Of a DNA stretch of 64,000 nt, positions 26,893 to 35,078 are shown in pieces. The number at the start of each line of letters is the position of its first letter. Positions within the stretch are counted from its first letter, which is position 1. Position numbers and translations under genes: made by a program. The DNA is from an uncultured Bacilli bacterium (GTDB lineage Bacteria; Bacillota_I; Bacilli_A; RF39; UBA660): the NCBI GenBank assembly GCA_910589375.1, contig CAJUTK010000002.1:3133-67132 (forward strand). Reading direction: 5' to 3'. Under the pieces are notes generated by a model. It did no database searches. It had not been told where the DNA came from and saw only the letters and a list, made by a program, of their open reading frames with translations.

Positions 26893-28908
26893 ATGATTAT
26901 GGAGTATTATGGTGGCTATATGGATACAGAAGATATAAGGGAGCTTTTTCATACTAATAAAAATGGAACGAATGCATTTGATATTGTAGAAGGAGTAAAA
27001 CAAATTGGCTTTTCTGCAAAGGGGGTTTTTTGTCCAACAGATAAGTTATTAGAAGAAGAATTAATGCTTCCTTGTATAGCAAACGTAACGATGAATCAAT
27101 CTTATTCTCACTTTGTAGTGATTTATGAAATAGATAAGAAGAAGCAGAAGTTAATAATAGCAGATCCTGCCAATAAAATTATGGAGATAAAGTTAGATGT
27201 TTTTAATGCTATCTATAGTGGAAATCTACTGTTTTTATATCCTATAAAACCATTACTACATTTTGAAAAAAAGAGAATTTCATTAAGAGATATATGGATA
27301 CTTTTACAGGATAGTAAAAAATTAATTATGCAAGTTTTTTTGATATCTATCTTTATCATAACTTATGCAATTGCCACTTCTTTTTATGGTGAAACTATGT
27401 TAAAAAAATTACAAATGAATCAGCAAAGCTCTTATTTTTTATTTCTATTTCTCATTTTTTCAATTCTTACTTTTTTAAAGTTAACAAGTGAATTTATTAG
27501 AACTAAATTAATTCTTTGGATAGAAAAGAATGTGGATATTTTATTAACCCAGGATATATTTTTTAAAGTTTTATTCCTTCCATATTGTTATTATCATAAT
27601 CACACCTCGGGAGACATTTTGTCTAGAATGAATGGAATTAATGATATTAAAGTTGCTATTAGTAAATGGCTTATGGTTCTTATAGTTGACATTCCTCTCA
27701 TGCTGATATCTTTTATTTGTCTTTATATTCTCCATTCTAAATTAGCAATTATAATAGTTTTATTTTTTATATTACAGCTTTTCGTATTAAAACTTTTTAG
27801 TAATCCTTTAAAAGAAAAAATAGAAGAATGTCAAAAAGAAAATGCATACTTATCCACTCTTAAAGTAGAAGGAATTCAGTCTTTTGAGACAATCAAAGGA
27901 ATTTCCTTAGAAAAGTATTTTTATAAAAAGTGGATGGAACAAAAAGTTTCTTTTATCAGAAAAATTCATAGCTTAGAAAGTATTATCGGAGTAGAAAGTT
28001 ATATAAAAGAATTTTTTCAAGAATTTAGCTCTTTACTTTTATTGCTGTTTGGCTGTCTATTTGTAAAAGAAGGTTCATTACAATTTTCTACTTTATTGAC
28101 AATTCAGACTTTGTCTCTTTATTTTTATACTCCTGTTGGAGAATTTATAGATTTGAATAGAGATACGAAACAAGCAGTGGTAGCTTGGGAGAGACTTTCT
28201 ATATTATCTAAAAAAGATTCTGGAAAAGGATTTTTAAAAAATTATCAAACGGATAATATTATTTTTCAAGATGTAACTTATTCTTATAGACCAAGTATGG
28301 AGGTATTACATCACGTAAACCTAACTATAAAAAAGGAAGATAAGGTTTTAATTTTAGGAAGTAGTGGAAGTGGAAAAAGTACTTTATTTAAACTGTTAAA
28401 AAGGTATTATGAAATCCCTAGAAATAAAATTCTTTTAGGAATTAATGATATAAATGATTATGATAATGTTAATTTTATTTCCTATATTCATCAAAATGAA
28501 AATTTGTATACAGGAAGTATGCTTGAAAATATTGTATTAGGAGAGAAAGTTGATGAAAGCTATTTAGAAAAAGTTTGTAAAATTTGTAAATTAGATGAAA
28601 TTATAAATAGAGAACAGTTAGGATACTATCAATTAATAGAAGAAAATGGAATTAATCTTTCTGGTGGTGAAAGACAGAGAATCGTTCTAGCTAGGACTTT
28701 GCTTAAACCATTTTATATCTTGATAATAGATGAAGGACTGAATCAATTAGATGTAAATCTTGAAAGAAAAATCTTAAAGGATATTTTTCATGAGTTTTAC
28801 GATAAAACGATTATTGTAATTTCACATAGGGAAGAAAATTTAGATTTATTTTCTCATAAGGTAAGAATGTCTCATGGAAAAATTATAGAGGATGTGGAAA
28901 AATGCTAG
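26893..28908 (+). CDS. Bacteriocin-type ABC transporter with N-terminal C39 peptidase domain; the 5' end is disrupted (catalytic-Cys segment is in frame upstream but has no start)
   Basis: The C39 motif QEEEKDCAIACFLMIMEYYGG lies in frame at 26854-26892, immediately after a stop at 26815. His region YSHFVVIY; 6 TM; Walker A GSSGSGKST; signature LSGGERQRIVLAR; Walker B ILIIDEG. Confidence 0.75.
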   Translation: MIMEYYGGYMDTEDIRELFHTNKNGTNAFDIVEGVKQIGFSAKGVFCPTDKLLEEELMLPCIANVTMNQSYSHFVVIYEIDKKKQKLIIADPANKIMEIKLDVFNAIYSGNLLFLYPIKPLLHFEKKRISLRDIWILLQDSKKLIMQVFLISIFIITYAIATSFYGETMLKKLQMNQQSSYFLFLFLIFSILTFLKLTSEFIRTKLILWIEKNVDILLTQDIFFKVLFLPYCYYHNHTSGDILSRMNGINDIKVAISKWLMVLIVDIPLMLISFICLYILHSKLAIIIVLFFILQLFVLKLFSNPLKEKIEECQKENAYLSTLKVEGIQSFETIKGISLEKYFYKKWMEQKVSFIRKIHSLESIIGVESYIKEFFQEFSSLLLLLFGCLFVKEGSLQFSTLLTIQTLSLYFYTPVGEFIDLNRDTKQAVVAWERLSILSKKDSGKGFLKNYQTDNIIFQDVTYSYRPSMEVLHHVNLTIKKEDKVLILGSSGSGKSTLFKLLKRYYEIPRNKILLGINDINDYDNVNFISYIHQNENLYTGSMLENIVLGEKVDESYLEKVCKICKLDEIINREQLGYYQLIEENGINLSGGERQRIVLARTLLKPFYILIIDEGLNQLDVNLERKILKDIFHEFYDKTIIVISHREENLDLFSHKVRMSHGKIIEDVEKC

Positions 28909-29345
28909 ACTCTAGAATGTATTTACACCCCAATACTATTTTAAAAAGAAAAATGCCTTCCTATTTTTGTTATTGGGTAGTTTTCCATTTATTATTTTGT
29001 CTTTTATTTTTCCCAATTTTTGCTTTTTATAAAATAGAGAAAAGGCTTACTGTTATTGGCTATTATCAAAATAACCAAGTACGGATAGTTACAGATAAAA
29101 GCTTTTTTCAACTTAAAACAGAAAATCTTAAAATAAATGAAAAGATGTATTTGTACCATATAAATAAAATACAACCTATTGCTTATGAAGAAGGAAAAGC
29201 TAGTTTATGGGAAGTAATGATATCTTTGAATCTACCAGATAGTTGGAAAGTTGATAATAATCAATTTGAACTGTCTTTCATACAAGAAGAAACAACTTTG
29301 CTAAAACAATTTTTAAAAACTATAAAGAAAGGGATGAGATTATAA
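28902..29345 (+). CDS. Short membrane-anchored accessory protein of the bacteriocin exporter (HlyD/LcnD-like N-terminal region only)
   Basis: One TM followed by a beta-rich stretch; translationally coupled to the ABC gene. Confidence 0.3.
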   Translation: MLDSRMYLHPNTILKRKMPSYFCYWVVFHLLFCLLFFPIFAFYKIEKRLTVIGYYQNNQVRIVTDKSFFQLKTENLKINEKMYLYHINKIQPIAYEEGKASLWEVMISLNLPDSWKVDNNQFELSFIQEETTLLKQFLKTIKKGMRL

Positions 29346-29482
29346 GAGAATTACAAGAAGCAGAAATGAAAAAAATAAATGGAGGAGGCATATCCCTAGG
29401 TGCAGGTGCTTTAATTGTTATGGGTGCTGTATTTATAATCGGGGTAATTGATGGTTTTCTAAGGCCACTAAAATGTCATTAG
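29339..29482 (+). CDS. Double-glycine-leader bacteriocin-like peptide (alpha); start codon unresolved (in-frame ATT at 29339 with an SD, ATG only at 29366)
   Basis: Frame reads ...EIIRELQEAEMKKINGG|GISLGAGALIVMGAVFIIGVIDGFLRPLKCH*. The leader has the consensus EL...I.GG. The mature part has GxxxG motifs. Confidence 0.5.
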   Translation: MIRELQEAEMKKINGGGISLGAGALIVMGAVFIIGVIDGFLRPLKCH

Positions 29483-29489
29483 GTGAAAA

Positions 29490-29657
29490 ATGAGAGATCT
29501 TACGAAAGAAGAATTACAAAAAATTTATGGTGGTGCCATTAGTGCTACTTTATTAAATGCCTTTATTAGAGGTATTAATACTATTTTAGAAGTAGGTAGA
29601 AGTTTTGGAAGCGCTATTCGAAGAATCATTGCTAAAGATGCATGCCCTATATCTTAA
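29490..29657 (+). CDS. Double-glycine-leader bacteriocin-like peptide (beta)
   Basis: MRDLTKEELQKIYGG|AISATLLNAFIRGINTILEVGRSFGSAIRRIIAKDACPIS*. RBS aggtga overlaps the stop of the alpha peptide. Confidence 0.65.
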   Translation: MRDLTKEELQKIYGGAISATLLNAFIRGINTILEVGRSFGSAIRRIIAKDACPIS

Positions 29658-29803
29658 AATGTAAACAAATAGTATTAAAAATAGTTATTTTTCTTTTTCT
29701 TTTCTTTTTATTAGCATTAGGAAGTTATCTATTTTTGGAATTGGGTAGATATTTAGGTACAATGATACGATATTTAGTAGAAGGAAATATCTGTTTTTTC
29801 TAG
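29642..29803 (+). CDS. Candidate bacteriocin immunity protein (53 aa, single TM), overlapping the 3' end of peptide beta
   Basis: MPYILKCKQIVLKIVIFLFLFFLLALGSYLFLELGRYLGTMIRYLVEGNICFF*. No clear SD; the position and hydrophobicity fit an immunity gene. Confidence 0.25.
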   Translation: MPYILKCKQIVLKIVIFLFLFFLLALGSYLFLELGRYLGTMIRYLVEGNICFF

Positions 29804-29869
29804 ATATTTCTTTTTTTTTGTAAAAATAGAAATATCCCTTTATTTTTTGTAAAAAAGTGTCTTTTTTTG

Positions 29870-29898
29870 TTGAAAACTAAAAGGAATGGTGCTATAAT
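29870..29898 (+). promoter_or_regulatory. Promoter TTGAAA-17-TATAAT for rpsU
   Basis: ttgaaa at 29870-29875 and tataat at 29893-29898. Confidence 0.5.
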
Positions 29899-29927
29899 AC
29901 TGTTAGCTTGTGAAAGGAGGGGAATCA

Positions 29928-30122
29928 ATGTCAAAGGTAGTAGTTAGAAATGGTAATGTTGAGAGTGCTTTACGTACAATGAAGCAAAAAAATGCTAGAG
30001 ATGGCCTCCTTAAGAAAGCTCGCGAGCGTCAAGATGGTTATAAGAAACCAGGAGTTCGTAGAAGAGAGAAAAAGAACGAAGGTATTAAAAATACTCGAAA
30101 GAGAGAAAGAAACAATTATTAA
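29928..30122 (+). CDS. rpsU: 30S ribosomal protein S21
   Basis: MSKVVVRNGNVESALRTMKQK... RBS aaaggagggg 6 nt upstream. Confidence 0.9.
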   Translation: MSKVVVRNGNVESALRTMKQKNARDGLLKKARERQDGYKKPGVRRREKKNEGIKNTRKRERNNY

Positions 30123-30130
30123 AAACATGG

Positions 30131-30159
30131 GGAGCTTTCAAAAAAAAGCTCCTTATTTG
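30131..30159 (+). terminator. Rho-independent terminator
   Basis: ggagct-ttcaaaaaaa-agctcc followed by ttattt. Confidence 0.5.
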
Positions 30160-30173
30160 TTAGGAGGAACTAT

Positions 30174-30614
30174 ATGAGAGAAAGAATTTTAAAAGATTTA
30201 GTAACTGCTATGAAAGAGAAGGATAAAGAAAAATTAGCTGTATTAAGAATGGTAAAAGGAGCTATGCAACTAGAGGAAATAAATAAAAAGGAAGAACTTA
30301 AAGATGATGAGGTTATAGCTGTTTTAGCAAAACAGATTAAAACTAGAAAAGAATCTATTGTAGAATTTCAAAAAGGTAACAGAAATGATTTAGTAGAACA
30401 AACAGAAAAAGAAATAGAGATACTAGAAACTTATATGCCAGAACAATTAAGTGGGGAAGAAGTTGAAAAAATAATAGTGGAAGCCATTCAAAAAGTAAAT
30501 GCCAGTGCACCATCTGATATGGGAAAAGTTATGGGAATTATTACACCTTTATTACGTGGTAAGGCAGATATGAGTTCTGTAAGCAAAATGGTAAAAGAAA
30601 AATTATCAAATTAG
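30174..30614 (+). CDS. yqeY: GatB/YqeY domain protein
   Basis: Conserved rpsU-yqeY pair; sequence pattern typical of YqeY. Confidence 0.7.
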   Translation: MRERILKDLVTAMKEKDKEKLAVLRMVKGAMQLEEINKKEELKDDEVIAVLAKQIKTRKESIVEFQKGNRNDLVEQTEKEIEILETYMPEQLSGEEVEKIIVEAIQKVNASAPSDMGKVMGIITPLLRGKADMSSVSKMVKEKLSN

Positions 30615-30628
30615 AAAGATGAGAAATT

Positions 30629-31303
30629 ATGAAAAAGAGTAATGCGCTTTATAAAAATCAAGGAATTCATGTCATTACAGCTATTTTTACAGTTGAGCAA
30701 GGTGTAACAAAGGTTTTGCTTGTCAAAAGAAAAAATGAGCCTTATAAGGGAGATTGGACATTGACTGGTGGAGCTCTTTACAATAATGAGGATTTAGAAG
30801 CTGGTGCCAAAAGAGAAATCTTGGAAAAATCAGGAATTGAAAATATTGAAATTGATCAATTTCATACTTTTGGAAAAGTAGATCGTTCTTCCGTTATGCG
30901 TATGATAGCAGTTGCCTATGTTGGTGTTATTGACTGTAATAGAGTAAAGATTATAAGAGAGACTACTAATACTAGTAATGCAGATTGGTTTCCAATTGAT
31001 AAAATTCCAGGTTTAGGATTTGACCATGAAGAAATTTTAAAGGAAGCTCTTGTTTATTTACAAAGTAAAATTGTTAGTACAGACATTCTAAAAGCATTAT
31101 TTCCAAATGAATTTACTCTTCCAGAAATTCAAAAAACATATGAAGCAATTTTGAATAGAAAATTTGATCGTAGAAATTTTCGAAAAAAATTATTGAATTT
31201 GAATTTAATTGAAGATACAAAGCGTACAGGAAAATTTGAAGGAAAAAAACCAGCTAAATTATATAGATTTAAAAAGAGTATAAAAAAGCAAAATGTTTTT
31301 TAG
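30629..31303 (+). CDS. NUDIX hydrolase with C-terminal NrtR-like winged-helix region
   Basis: Nudix box GGALYNNEDLEAGAKREILEKSGIE. The C-terminal ~80 aa resemble the NrtR DNA-binding domain. Confidence 0.5.
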   Translation: MKKSNALYKNQGIHVITAIFTVEQGVTKVLLVKRKNEPYKGDWTLTGGALYNNEDLEAGAKREILEKSGIENIEIDQFHTFGKVDRSSVMRMIAVAYVGVIDCNRVKIIRETTNTSNADWFPIDKIPGLGFDHEEILKEALVYLQSKIVSTDILKALFPNEFTLPEIQKTYEAILNRKFDRRNFRKKLLNLNLIEDTKRTGKFEGKKPAKLYRFKKSIKKQNVF

Positions 31304-31315
31304 AAAAGGGGATTT

Positions 31316-31747
31316 ATGGATAATTTTAAACCAAAAAAATTTACAGAACCAGCTATCCTTTTTGCTTTAACAGGGCATGTGTTTATTAGGTATGATGCAT
31401 CTTTAGAATATTATCAAGAGTGTTTACGAGAGATTCATGATGACGAATTATATCGTTTTGTTATGAAAGATGTGCCAAGGAATGTTTTAGAAAATTTATT
31501 AGAGACAATTGGTTCTGATACTCAGGATATAGATCCTATATTGGTACAATATTTATGTAGTTCTAGTGAGATTTTATCAGCTATTAAGGACTATTCTGAT
31601 AAGACAGCTTATCGCAAATCAAAAGATTTAATTGAAGAAAAATTTTTGACAAATGGTTATATAGAAGTATCACCTATTGATTTTAAAAGTTTTTGTGATT
31701 TTGCAGAAAATAGTGTAAAAGCTAATGCTGATAAATCTTATAAATAG
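31316..31747 (+). CDS. Hypothetical protein (143 aa), upstream partner of the ClpX-like ATPase
   Basis: No recognisable motif. Confidence 0.35.
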   Translation: MDNFKPKKFTEPAILFALTGHVFIRYDASLEYYQECLREIHDDELYRFVMKDVPRNVLENLLETIGSDTQDIDPILVQYLCSSSEILSAIKDYSDKTAYRKSKDLIEEKFLTNGYIEVSPIDFKSFCDFAENSVKANADKSYK

Positions 31748-31809
31748 AGTATATTCTAAAAGTTCATAAAAAGTAATACATTAGAACTTTGTTTTTTAGG
31801 GGGATTAGA

Positions 31810-33960
31810 GTGGAGAATAAAAGTTATGGTATTTTAATGAAGCGCCATAAAGTAAATGAAAATATATGCATATATCATCCAATTTATTTAATAGCTGGTA
31901 GGGATACTGGTCAAGATTTTGAAGATGAAATGGGATATTTTTATACTTATGCAACAGACACAGATTCGTTCTGCTTACGAGAAAATGATTTAAGTGTAGC
32001 ATATATTATTTCAGAAGAAGAGTTACAAAGACAATATGGCGAAGTATCTTTATCAGAAGCAAAAATGGGATATTTTAGTAGCATTAATGAATATATACAT
32101 GTTGGCTATTATATGGACGTTGAAGATGAACTTATTATAAAAACTTATAATGCAGAAGTATTATTAGAACAGGTATTATCAAAAGATGAAAGTGCATCAC
32201 CAAAGTCTTCTGCTGAACAAAGCCAGGCAGAGGGAATTCCATTTCTTAGAATTGAGCGTGAAAAAAACGTAGGAGAAAGAGAGTCTACATCTTTGATGGT
32301 AGAAGAATTGATTCCTATTACAGCAACTGATTTTAAGAAAATGTTAGATATTAGGGAAGACGGAAAATTGAGATCTATCTTGCAAAATATGTATGAACAA
32401 TTTCAAAATGGTAGGCTGCCAGTAACAATTGGAATGGATGAAAGTGAGATATATCCAACTCTTGAGAATCAAGAAATTACGGGAAAAAAGATTGTTTCGT
32501 TTTTTAAAGATATCTGTAATAAAATGATAATAGCAAGTTCAATGGAACAGATTTCTCTATTAGAAACAAATTTTAAAAACGGTTTTACAGCTGCAGTACT
32601 TATTTTAGATACTCATGCTAATAATGAGATTGCAGCTTCAGCAGCAGAAGAAATTTTTTATAGAATTATAGATGAAATTGCAGTAATAACTGCTTGTAGA
32701 GATATTGCTAGAGTAAAAACTGATATAGCAAATGTTTTAAAAACAGAAATGGAAGAAGTTGCAAGGGCGGCTGCTATTTATGACGAATATGATGCAAAAT
32801 TTGAAAAAACTATGGGAGATGGAGAGCCTCAATCTAGTCAAAAAAGTTTTTCATTAAGAAAAGTAAATGCTAAGAAATTGAAAGAATTCTTTGATAGGAG
32901 AATTGCTGGTCAAGAAGCAGCTAAAAGAGCAGTTATTTCCGCTGTTACAATGAATATATTATCAGAAAATCCGGATGATAAGACTTCTTGTTTTTTAGTA
33001 GGACCTCCAGGAAGTGGAAAAACATTGATTGCGAAAACTTTAGGAGAATTTTTGAATATTCCATGTGAAATTGTGGATACCACACAATTAACGAGTCCAG
33101 GATATATTGGTGGAAATATAGAGGACTTTTTAGCTAGACTTATTACAAAAGCTGGTGGAGATTTAGAGAAAGCTGAAAATGGTATTGTTGTTTTCGATGA
33201 ATTAGACAAAAAAGGATCTGATAAAAAATCAGATATTGCTGGTCAAGGTGTGCTTAATTCATTATTACCTTTTTTCCAAGGTGCAACTTATCAAGTTGCA
33301 AAAGGCAAAGATAAAGTAGATTTTAATACTTCTAGATTAACTATATTTGCAACTGGTGCTTGTACTGATGTAGCAAAAGCAAAATTGCAAAAAGAAGGAT
33401 TAGATCATTATAAGAAAACGAAAATTGGATTTTTAGCAGATGTTTCTGATAATCAAGCGGAAGAAGATTTTGTTTATCCGCAACTAGAGCCAGAAGATTT
33501 TGTAAAGTATGGTGGTATGACAGACGAAATAATTGGAAGAATTACAACGATATGCCAATTATCTGGTCATACAGTTGAGACATTAAAGTTTATTTTGACT
33601 GATATTGAAACTAGTGCGTTATTATTACAGCAAAAAGTTCTTGCTAAAATTGGTATTTCTCTAAGATGGACTGAAGATTATTTAGAAGCGGTAGCGCATA
33701 AAGCAATTCAACTGAAAACTGGTGCTAGATCACTTAAATCAACAGTGGAGAAGTCTATTATGGAGGCACGCTGGGAAGTTTTATTGAATCCTGATAAATA
33801 TAGAGAGATTCTATTAACCGCAGAATGTGTAGAGAATCCTTTTAAATGTAAGTTAGTAGATCGAACAGGAAGAGAATTTACAGTGGAGGAAACATTAGTA
33901 GAAGAGCAACCATTGAATCAAAAAGTAAAAAAAGTTAGTGCTGCGCAACAAAATATATGA
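31810..33960 (+). CDS. ClpX-paralog AAA+ ATPase with a novel ~370-aa N-terminal domain replacing the zinc-binding domain
   Basis: GTG start after the RBS agggggatt. ClpX-like KKLKEFFDRRIAGQEAAKRAVISAV; Walker A GPPGSGKT; Walker B VVFDELDKK; an IGF-like loop KIGFLAD; sensor-2 KTGARSLKSTVE. Confidence 0.65.
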   Translation: MENKSYGILMKRHKVNENICIYHPIYLIAGRDTGQDFEDEMGYFYTYATDTDSFCLRENDLSVAYIISEEELQRQYGEVSLSEAKMGYFSSINEYIHVGYYMDVEDELIIKTYNAEVLLEQVLSKDESASPKSSAEQSQAEGIPFLRIEREKNVGERESTSLMVEELIPITATDFKKMLDIREDGKLRSILQNMYEQFQNGRLPVTIGMDESEIYPTLENQEITGKKIVSFFKDICNKMIIASSMEQISLLETNFKNGFTAAVLILDTHANNEIAASAAEEIFYRIIDEIAVITACRDIARVKTDIANVLKTEMEEVARAAAIYDEYDAKFEKTMGDGEPQSSQKSFSLRKVNAKKLKEFFDRRIAGQEAAKRAVISAVTMNILSENPDDKTSCFLVGPPGSGKTLIAKTLGEFLNIPCEIVDTTQLTSPGYIGGNIEDFLARLITKAGGDLEKAENGIVVFDELDKKGSDKKSDIAGQGVLNSLLPFFQGATYQVAKGKDKVDFNTSRLTIFATGACTDVAKAKLQKEGLDHYKKTKIGFLADVSDNQAEEDFVYPQLEPEDFVKYGGMTDEIIGRITTICQLSGHTVETLKFILTDIETSALLLQQKVLAKIGISLRWTEDYLEAVAHKAIQLKTGARSLKSTVEKSIMEARWEVLLNPDKYREILLTAECVENPFKCKLVDRTGREFTVEETLVEEQPLNQKVKKVSAAQQNI

Positions 33961-33966
33961 AAAAAC

Positions 33967-33995
33967 TTGTAAATCTTGGAAATATATGTTAAAAT
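33967..33995 (+). promoter_or_regulatory. Promoter TTGTAA-17-TAAAAT for rplS
   Basis: ttgtaa at 33967-33972 and taaaat at 33990-33995. Confidence 0.4.
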
Positions 33996-34062
33996 GAATA
34001 ACGACGTGATCCGCTGGATGTATTTATTTAAGATCATAGTTTAGATAAAGGAGCGTGACATT

Positions 34063-34416
34063 GTGAATTTAGTTGAAAAGGTAACTAGTAGTCAAATCAG
34101 AACAGATTTACCTGTTTTCCAAGTAGGAGATACTGTTAGAGTAGATTTGAAAATTGAAGATGTAGATTCTAAAGGTAATAAGAAAATTAGAATTCAAGCA
34201 TTTGAAGGCCTTGTAATGGCAATTAAAGGTGCTGGAGTAAGTAAAACTTTTACAGTTAGAAAAGTTTCTGGAAATGTTGGCGTTGAAAAAACATTACCTG
34301 TTAATTCACCAACAATTGATAAAATTGTAGTGGTAAGAAAAGGTAAAGTTAGACAAGCTAAACTAGGCTACATCAGAGATTTAAAGAAAACACCAAAGAT
34401 TAAAGAAAGAGGATAA
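34063..34416 (+). CDS. rplS: 50S ribosomal protein L19 (GTG start)
   Basis: FQVGDTVRV...IQAFEGLVMAIKGAG...VRKGKVRQAKLGY. RBS aaaggag. Confidence 0.9.
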   Translation: MNLVEKVTSSQIRTDLPVFQVGDTVRVDLKIEDVDSKGNKKIRIQAFEGLVMAIKGAGVSKTFTVRKVSGNVGVEKTLPVNSPTIDKIVVVRKGKVRQAKLGYIRDLKKTPKIKERG

Positions 34417-34441
34417 GGCTTAGCAACTAAGCCTTATTTTA
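34415..34441 (+). terminator. Rho-independent terminator after rplS
   Basis: aaggcttag-caac-ctaagcctt followed by atttt. Confidence 0.6.
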
Positions 34442-34457
34442 ATTAATAGGTGATAAA

Positions 34458-35009
34458 ATGGAAGAACACGAAAATAAAAAAGATTATAATGAAAAAACAA
34501 GAATTTTTAAAATAATAAAAGAGGCAGTTCCTTATATAGTAATTATTATTGCTGTTATTTTAATAAGAGCTTATATAGCGACACCAGTAAGAGTAAATGG
34601 CGATTCTATGTATCCTTATTTAAAAGAAGGGGAAGTTCTTATTTTAAATAAGTTAGATAAATCTTATAATAGATTTGATATTGTAGTAATTAATTCTAAT
34701 AAAACAAAGATAATTAAAAGAATTATAGGACTTCCTGGTGAAACTGTAGCTTATAAGGATTGTAAGTTATATATCAATGATAAAGAGGTAGAAGATTTTG
34801 TTGGGGAATGTATTACAGATGACTTTTCATTAGAGGGGTTATATGACTATGCTATGATACCAGAAGGATATTACTTCGTTATGGGGGATAATAGAAAGAA
34901 TTCATCTGATAGTAGAGATTATCGTGTAGGACTAATTTCTAAAAAGCAAATAGAGGGAACTACATCTTTAAGATTATATCCATTTAACCGTTTAGGAAAA
35001 CTAAAATAA
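34458..35009 (+). CDS. lepB: Signal peptidase I
   Basis: GDSMYP (Ser box), KRIIGLPGE (Lys box), GDNRKNSSDSR. Confidence 0.9.
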   Translation: MEEHENKKDYNEKTRIFKIIKEAVPYIVIIIAVILIRAYIATPVRVNGDSMYPYLKEGEVLILNKLDKSYNRFDIVVINSNKTKIIKRIIGLPGETVAYKDCKLYINDKEVEDFVGECITDDFSLEGLYDYAMIPEGYYFVMGDNRKNSSDSRDYRVGLISKKQIEGTTSLRLYPFNRLGKLK

Positions 35010-35031
35010 GAATGTTTTACATTCTTTTTTT
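35009..35031 (+). terminator. Rho-independent terminator
   Basis: agaatg-tttta-cattct plus a T7 run. Confidence 0.6.
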
Positions 35032-35078
35032 ACGGCAAATTATAATCATTTTATGATATAATGTACTAAGGTGAGTTT

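Noticed and set aside
32910-33209. 99-aa minus-strand ORF
   Set aside because: Antisense to the Walker A/B region of the ClpX-like gene; spurious.
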